NCBI GenBank assembly: GCA_963846575.1
Contig: CAWJWJ010000002.1
Span: forward strand, 992,001-1,056,000
Direction: 5' to 3'
Length of the DNA stretch: 64,000 nucleotides
Source: an uncultured Nitrospiraceae bacterium
GTDB taxonomy: Bacteria > Nitrospirota > Nitrospiria > Nitrospirales > Nitrospiraceae
Below, piece after piece: positions 58,369 to 64,000 of this stretch (position 1 is its first letter; the number at the start of each line of letters is the position of its first letter). The notes under the pieces are model-generated. The model saw nothing but the letters and a program-made list of their open reading frames with translations. It had not been told where the DNA came from and searched no databases. Made by a program: the position numbers and the translations under genes.

Positions 58369-58863
58369 GTGGCGGCCATGCCGACAAGAAACGGTGTCAG
58401 ACGGCCGGCGGCGGCGATGCCGGACCATCTCGATCTGGCGTTACGCTATCTGGCGCGCACCGACAGGACTGCGGCGCAGGTCGAGCGATATTTGGAGGAC
58501 AAGGGCGCCAGCCGTTCGCAGGTTCGTGTGGTGATCCGGGAGTTGGAGCGGCGTGGTTACCTGAACGATCAGGCTTTTGCGACGCGGTGGGCGGAAGCGA
58601 GGCTGTTGCGGCGTCCGATGGGACGTGAACGGCTCAAAGCGGAATTGCTGATGCGGGGATTCGAAGCCAGTGTCACAGAGCGCGCGTTGGGGAAAGCCTT
58701 CCAGTCGATCTCCGAGCAGGAGTTGGCCTGTCAGGCACTCGAAGGACGCGTCCGTCGCACGCGTCCGCTTCAGTGGGTGCGTTTTCTGCGGCAGCGCGGG
58801 TTTGATGACGATACGATTCAACAAGTCACGCAGGTGAATCTGGAGACGGGGTTGGACGCATGA
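58369..58863 (+). CDS. recX: Regulatory protein RecX
   Basis: ALRYLA, GYLND..FA and FLRQRGF motifs; follows recA. Confidence 0.92.
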   Translation: MAAMPTRNGVRRPAAAMPDHLDLALRYLARTDRTAAQVERYLEDKGASRSQVRVVIRELERRGYLNDQAFATRWAEARLLRRPMGRERLKAELLMRGFEASVTERALGKAFQSISEQELACQALEGRVRRTRPLQWVRFLRQRGFDDDTIQQVTQVNLETGLDA

Positions 58864-61493
58864 AGAGCCAGAATGTGAACGATCTGCGGCGAGCCTTCAT
58901 TCAGTATTTTGAACAGCAAGGGCATCGGGCCGTGCCGAGCGCGCCACTCATCCCTCAAGCCGATCCGACGCTGCTCTTCACCAATGCGGGGATGAACCAG
59001 TTCAAGCGCGTATTTCTCGGTGAGGAGACGCGGACCTACAACCGCGCGGTGACGGTACAGAAGTGCCTGCGGGCCGGCGGCAAGCATAACGATCTGGAAA
59101 ATGTGGGGTACACGAGGCGGCACCACACCTTTTTCGAAATGCTCGGCAACTTCTCTTTCGGAGACTATTTCAAAGAGGACGCTATCCGGTTCGGGTGGGA
59201 GTTCCTGACTTCCGTCGTCGGCCTGACGAAAGACCGGATGTGGGTCACCATTTTCCGCGAGGACGACGAGGCCGATCGCCTGTGGAGAAAAATCGGGGTG
59301 TCACCGAATCGGATCGTGCGTTGCGGCGAGAAGGATAATTTTTGGCAGATGGCCGACACCGGGCCCTGCGGTCCCTGTTCGGAGCTTCATTTCGATCAAG
59401 GCCCGGCCGTGCCGGGTGACGCGACCCCCAATGGAGAAGGAGACCGGGTCATCGAAATCTGGAATCTGGTCTTCATGCAGTTCAATCGTGACAGCGCGGG
59501 AACCCTGAATCCATTGCCCAAACCCAGTATCGACACCGGCATGGGATTGGAACGGTTGGCGGCGGTGGCACAGGGCAAACTCAGCAACTACGACAGCGAT
59601 TTATTCGCACCCCTCCTCGCGGCGATCGGGACCAGAGCCGATGGCCGATATGGCCTGAAGGACACAGCGGACCGCTCCATGCGGGTCATCGCGGACCACC
59701 TGCGGGCCATCACCTTCCTCATGGCCGATGGAGTGCTGCCCTCTAACGAAGGACGGGGCTATGTGCTGCGCCGCATTCTTCGTCGTGCGGCCAGGCACGG
59801 CCGCCTGCTGGGCATTACAGAGCCCTTTCTACATGGTCTGACGGCGAGCGTCGTGGATCAAATGGGGGAGGCCTATCACGAGCTGCGGGCCGCGGCCGGC
59901 ACAGTGGCCGAGGCGACTCGCGGCGAAGAGGAGCGGTTTATCGCAACGCTCGACCAGGGACTGCCGATTCTGAACGATATGCTGGCGAAGGTGCGAGCGG
60001 CGGGGCACCAGACGCTTCCGGGAACGGATATCTTTAAATTGTACGATACGTACGGCTTTCCGATGGACCTGATTGCGGAAGCCTGTCGTGAGCAGGACAT
60101 CCGGCTTGACGAGACCGGCTTTGACGCGGCGATCGAAGAGCAGCGGACGCGCGCTAGGAAGACCGGCGGTTTCGAGACGGAAGCCGCCCGTCCGGCGTTG
60201 CGTGATCTTGCCACTCGCGTGGGGACGACGGCATTCGTCGGGTACGACCAGCTGAATTCAGAAGGGGTCGTGCAGGCCCTGCTCAAGGGCGAGCAGCTCG
60301 TCAAGGAAGCTCGCGAGGGTGATGAGATTGAAGTGGTGCTCGACGTGACGCCCTTCTATGCGGAGGGCGGCGGGCAAGCCGGTGATCAAGGTCTCCTGAC
60401 CGGCACCGACGGAACTGTGGAGATACGTGAGACCACAAGGCCTGTTCCGACCTTGATCGTCCATAAGGGCGTCGTCCGATCCGGCTCGGTTCGTGAGGGA
60501 GAGCGGCTACAACTATCTGTGAATCGTCGGACCAGGCAGGATGCGGCCCGGAACCATACGGCCACCCATCTGGTCCATGCGGCGCTTCGCGATCTGCTGG
60601 GGCCGCATGTCAAGCAGTACGGCTCGCTGGTGGCGCCCAATCGTTTGCGATTCGACTTTGCCCATTTCCGGCCGCTCGGATCACGCGACATTGATGAAAT
60701 CGAGTCCCTGGTGAACGAGCAGGTGCGTTACGACCAGTCCGTGCAGACAGACGTAATGGGAGTGCAGGAGGCTGTAGCTGGCGGAGCCCTCGCCTTTTTT
60801 GGCGACAAATATGGCGATCAGGTTCGTGTTGTCCACATCGATTCGTTCAGCAAAGAGTTATGCGGCGGGACGCATTGCCGTCGCACCGGAGAAATCGGTC
60901 TGTTCCGGATCGTATCGGAAGCGGGAGTGGCTGCCGGTGTCCGCCGGATTGAATGTCTGACGGGTAGCGGCGCATCCGACTCGGTCAAACGTCTGGAGGC
61001 CGATGTCCGCGAACTCTCCGATCTGCTGAAGGTGGCTCCGTCGGAGGTTGTGTCACGTGCGCGCAAACTGACCGAGCAGTTGAGGGAGAAGGAACGCGAG
61101 CTGGCCGAGGTGAAGCTGAAAATGGCGAGTTCCTCGTCAGGTGACGCGCAGGTTCGTGAGATCAACGGGGTGCAGGTCCACGCGCAGCGCACGGACGGTC
61201 TTGATGTCAATGGCATGCGAGCCCTGGCGGATCAACTGCGTGATAAGCTTCGTAGCGGCGTCGTCGCACTGGGCGCAGCGAATGATGGCAAAGTGTCGTT
61301 ACTCGTGGTGGTGACCAAAGATCTTGTCGGTCGTCTCAAGGCTGGTGACCTTATCAAGGAGATGGCCACCGACGTCGGTGGAACCGGAGGCGGACGCCCG
61401 GAAATGGCGCAGGCCGGCGGGAAAAATCCTGAAGGGCTCAGTATCGCGTTGGAAAAGGTTTTTGGACTGGTTCAGAAGGCCTTGGAGCGGTAA
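58860..61493 (+). CDS. alaS: Alanine--tRNA ligase
   Basis: LLFTNAGMNQFK, HHTFFEMLGNFS, HTATH, ELCGGTH and GGGRP motifs. Confidence 0.99.
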   Translation: MKSQNVNDLRRAFIQYFEQQGHRAVPSAPLIPQADPTLLFTNAGMNQFKRVFLGEETRTYNRAVTVQKCLRAGGKHNDLENVGYTRRHHTFFEMLGNFSFGDYFKEDAIRFGWEFLTSVVGLTKDRMWVTIFREDDEADRLWRKIGVSPNRIVRCGEKDNFWQMADTGPCGPCSELHFDQGPAVPGDATPNGEGDRVIEIWNLVFMQFNRDSAGTLNPLPKPSIDTGMGLERLAAVAQGKLSNYDSDLFAPLLAAIGTRADGRYGLKDTADRSMRVIADHLRAITFLMADGVLPSNEGRGYVLRRILRRAARHGRLLGITEPFLHGLTASVVDQMGEAYHELRAAAGTVAEATRGEEERFIATLDQGLPILNDMLAKVRAAGHQTLPGTDIFKLYDTYGFPMDLIAEACREQDIRLDETGFDAAIEEQRTRARKTGGFETEAARPALRDLATRVGTTAFVGYDQLNSEGVVQALLKGEQLVKEAREGDEIEVVLDVTPFYAEGGGQAGDQGLLTGTDGTVEIRETTRPVPTLIVHKGVVRSGSVREGERLQLSVNRRTRQDAARNHTATHLVHAALRDLLGPHVKQYGSLVAPNRLRFDFAHFRPLGSRDIDEIESLVNEQVRYDQSVQTDVMGVQEAVAGGALAFFGDKYGDQVRVVHIDSFSKELCGGTHCRRTGEIGLFRIVSEAGVAAGVRRIECLTGSGASDSVKRLEADVRELSDLLKVAPSEVVSRARKLTEQLREKERELAEVKLKMASSSSGDAQVREINGVQVHAQRTDGLDVNGMRALADQLRDKLRSGVVALGAANDGKVSLLVVVTKDLVGRLKAGDLIKEMATDVGGTGGGRPEMAQAGGKNPEGLSIALEKVFGLVQKALER

Positions 61494-61497
61494 ACTG

Positions 61498-62100
61498 ATG
61501 AAAGTCCCGCGCATTCTTGCCATTGACCATGGCTCCAAGCGGATCGGGTTTGCACTCAGCGATGAATTGGGGTGGACGGCTCAGCCGCTGGAAACTTTTC
61601 ACCGGCGTAATCCGGATGCCGATATCCGGCATATTCAGGACTTGGTACGTGAGCACGAGGTGGGGCAGGTTCTTGTTGGAATGCCGTTTCGGCTTGATGG
61701 CGAGGTCGGGCCCGCCGCCAAGGTTGTCGAAGCCTTTATCCAGGTGCTGGAATCGGCCCTCCCGGTCCCGGTAATCGCCTGGGATGAGCGAATGACGACC
61801 TGTGCGGCAGAGGATCTGCTGATCGCAGCGGATGTCGGTCGTCGGAAGCGGAAGGGCATCGTCGACCGGATTGCCGCGGCGATTCTCCTACAAAGTTATC
61901 TGGCTAGCCTGGAAGTTCCGGTGACGGCAGTCCCGGGTGATGGTCCGAGCGAGCCAGATAGTTTCGATCCATGGTCTCTGAACGAAGAACAAGTCAATGA
62001 GGCAGATGACATCGACCCAAAGACTGATCCTGCTGGCAGTGATTCTAGTCTCCCTCGCAGGGTTTCAAATCCTCCGGTGGGCTCAAAGCCCCGTCTCTAA
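61498..62100 (+). CDS. ruvX: RuvX/YqgF nuclease
   Basis: LAIDHG.KRIG.A.SD, WDERMTT and VDRIAA motifs. Confidence 0.93.
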   Translation: MKVPRILAIDHGSKRIGFALSDELGWTAQPLETFHRRNPDADIRHIQDLVREHEVGQVLVGMPFRLDGEVGPAAKVVEAFIQVLESALPVPVIAWDERMTTCAAEDLLIAADVGRRKRKGIVDRIAAAILLQSYLASLEVPVTAVPGDGPSEPDSFDPWSLNEEQVNEADDIDPKTDPAGSDSSLPRRVSNPPVGSKPRL

Positions 62101-63067
62101 GGCCTCACCCAAGCCGCCGTCTCAGATTGTCGTCATTGCTGAAGGCAGCACTTACCAGCAGGTTGCGTCTTTGCTCAAGCGCGAGAATCTGATTCGCAGC
62201 CGTTGGGCATTCCTCTTATATGGCAAAACGCGAGAGGTCGATCGAAGAATACGCCCCGGGGAGTATGAGCTGAGCCCGAGTATGACGCCGAAGGAGATCC
62301 TCGCCAGGCTCCTAGCCGGTCGGGTCATTCTGCACCCCGTGACCATTCCTGAAGGGTTTACCCTGATGCAGATCGCCGAGGTTTTGGCGGCGCAGAATGC
62401 TACGGACGCGAAGGAATTCTCAAAACTGGTTCGTGATCGTTCCTTTATCGCGAGCCTCGGCATCGAAGCCGATTCGTTGGAGGGATATCTGTTTCCCGAA
62501 ACGTATTCTTTTGCGCAAGGAACCAAGGCCAAGGACGTCATCAAGGCAATGACGGACGGTCTGTACCGTGTGTGGGGGAGCGATCTGCAAGCTCAAGCAG
62601 CTCGTATGAATCTGTCCTTGCACGAGGCGTTGACGCTGGCGTCGGTGATCGAAAAAGAAACCGCGGTGAATGAGGAGCGCGAGCTCATCGCGGCGGTCTT
62701 CCACAACCGGTTGCGAAAGAAGATTCCTCTTCAGAGCGACCCGACGGTCATTTATGGCTTGCCTTCATTTGACGGAAACATTCATAAGCGCGATCTCTCC
62801 AGCCTCAGTCCTTACAACACCTACCGGGTGCAGGGTCTCCCCCCCGGACCGATCGGAAGCCCCGGTGCCCGGTCGCTGCGTGCGGCGCTCTTTCCTGCCG
62901 AAGCCCCGTACCTGTATTTCGTGTCACGTAACGACGGCACCCATCACTTTTCCTCCACCCTGGCCGAACATAACCAAGCCGTGGAAAAGTATCAAAAACA
63001 GCCGTTCCGCAAGCGAGCGAAGGGGAATCTTGTGGCTCACGCGCCTGAGCGTGTAGACAGACTCTGA
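61997..63067 (+). CDS. mltG: Endolytic transglycosylase MltG
   Basis: TIPEG, LEGYLFPETY, LASVIEKE, LQSDPT and SPYNTY motifs. Confidence 0.96.
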   Translation: MRQMTSTQRLILLAVILVSLAGFQILRWAQSPVSKASPKPPSQIVVIAEGSTYQQVASLLKRENLIRSRWAFLLYGKTREVDRRIRPGEYELSPSMTPKEILARLLAGRVILHPVTIPEGFTLMQIAEVLAAQNATDAKEFSKLVRDRSFIASLGIEADSLEGYLFPETYSFAQGTKAKDVIKAMTDGLYRVWGSDLQAQAARMNLSLHEALTLASVIEKETAVNEERELIAAVFHNRLRKKIPLQSDPTVIYGLPSFDGNIHKRDLSSLSPYNTYRVQGLPPGPIGSPGARSLRAALFPAEAPYLYFVSRNDGTHHFSSTLAEHNQAVEKYQKQPFRKRAKGNLVAHAPERVDRL

Positions 63068-63125
63068 GCGGCGGCCGGTGAGTATCTGACCATTCCAGAC
63101 GACCATATCTGAAAGGGAGAGTCCT

Positions 63126-63815
63126 ATGGGGGAGACATCCTGGCAACAGGCATTACCGCGGTATCTTGATCACACCGTGCTGCGACCGGAGGCCACGAAA
63201 GCTGATGTATTGCGGCTCTGCGCAGAGGCGAAAGAGCATGGATTCGTCGTCATTTTCGTTCCGCCCTGTTACGTGGATGAGGCGGTGGGGGCCGTAGCCG
63301 GAACCGAGGTTCAAGTCGGAATTCCCATCGGGTTTCCGCTCGGCGGACATTCAACCCAGGTGAAGGTGGCAGAAGCCCTGGAGGCGGTCGCTCATGGGGC
63401 GAGGGTGCTGGACATGGTCATCAATATCAGCCGCTTGAAATCGGGCGACTACGACCTGGTCCGGAGCGACATGGCCGCTGTGGTTCAGGCGACGCCCGGC
63501 ATCAATCATAAAGTGATTTTGGAGACCTGCCTGCTGACGCGCGAAGAGAAAATCACGGCCTGTCGTTTGGCCGTCGAGGCGGGCATGGATTATGTGAAAA
63601 CCTCCACAGGCTTTAACCGGGCGGGGGCCACCGTGGAGGACGTCCGGTTGATGAAGGAGGCAGTTGCCGGTCGCGCTAAGGTCAAGGCATCGGGCGGGAT
63701 CCGAGATTGGAAGGCGACGCGAGAGTTGCTCGAGGCGGGCGCCGACCGGATCGGAACCAGTGTGAGCCTTACGATAGTGAACCAGTGGGCGGCGCAGCGA
63801 GGAGTAGGCCGGTAA
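63126..63815 (+). CDS. deoC: Deoxyribose-phosphate aldolase
   Basis: DHTVL, GFPLG, KTSTG and VKASGGIR motifs. Confidence 0.96.
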   Translation: MGETSWQQALPRYLDHTVLRPEATKADVLRLCAEAKEHGFVVIFVPPCYVDEAVGAVAGTEVQVGIPIGFPLGGHSTQVKVAEALEAVAHGARVLDMVINISRLKSGDYDLVRSDMAAVVQATPGINHKVILETCLLTREEKITACRLAVEAGMDYVKTSTGFNRAGATVEDVRLMKEAVAGRAKVKASGGIRDWKATRELLEAGADRIGTSVSLTIVNQWAAQRGVGR

Positions 63816-63936
63816 CCGGCGAGGCGGACCGGAAGGTTCTCCCGGACAAATCTGTGTTCCGGCGACAGGCGAATGTAGGTGCGGCGCGGAGGCGTGAATG
63901 TCTTGCTCGTCCCAAGGGATTTGATATAGTGCGCCC

Positions 63937-64000
63937 ATGATGACTCGAATTGTGCTTCTGGTCTTAGATGGTTTCGGTATCGGCGCCTTGCCCGACGCGG
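63937..64000 (+). CDS. deoB: Phosphopentomutase, N-terminal fragment (truncated by the window)
   Basis: Manual translation MMTRIVLLVLDGFGIGALPDA; follows deoC. Confidence 0.85.
   Translation, partial: MMTRIVLLVLDGFGIGALPDA

Noticed and set aside
1..64000. Many long antisense or overlapping ORFs (e.g. 24086-25045, 57382-58428); CRISPR arrays, tRNA/rRNA, IS elements, prophage
   Set aside because: The antisense ORFs are high-GC shadows of well-supported genes. I saw no repeat-spacer array, structural RNA gene, transposase, integrase or phage structural gene.

Overview
High-GC bacterial chromosomal window, probably from a Nitrospira-like organism. That assignment is an inference from gene content and order (SmbP, ChdC, cinA-thpR...recA-recX-alaS-ruvX-mltG-deoC), not a database match. 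1-20.5 kb is one tightly coupled minus-strand operon for aromatic and branched-chain amino-acid carbon skeletons. It encodes a half-size HPPD-like protein, hmgA, fahA, a PyrE-like paralogue, branched-chain 2-oxoacid dehydrogenase E1a/E1b/E2, thiolase, hbd, a B12 mutase with isobutyryl-CoA-mutase residues, leucine-pathway enzymes, meaB, prpDBC and an acyl-CoA ligase. Transcribed divergently are a heme-oxygenase-like diiron enzyme and beta-oxidation genes, then a phage-repressor-like regulator coupled to tryptophanase. Next come a two-partner secretion pair with an exported TPR-CHAT protease, an exported Lon-like protein, a PAS kinase/NarL pair and a GAFTGA-less enhancer-binding protein. ycbK is preceded by a highly structured leader. 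About 8.6 kb of accessory stress genes (nhaA, BON proteins, SmbP, DUF1328) lie between thpR and recA, and housekeeping genes run to the window end. I saw no rRNA, tRNA, CRISPR array, transposase or integrase.
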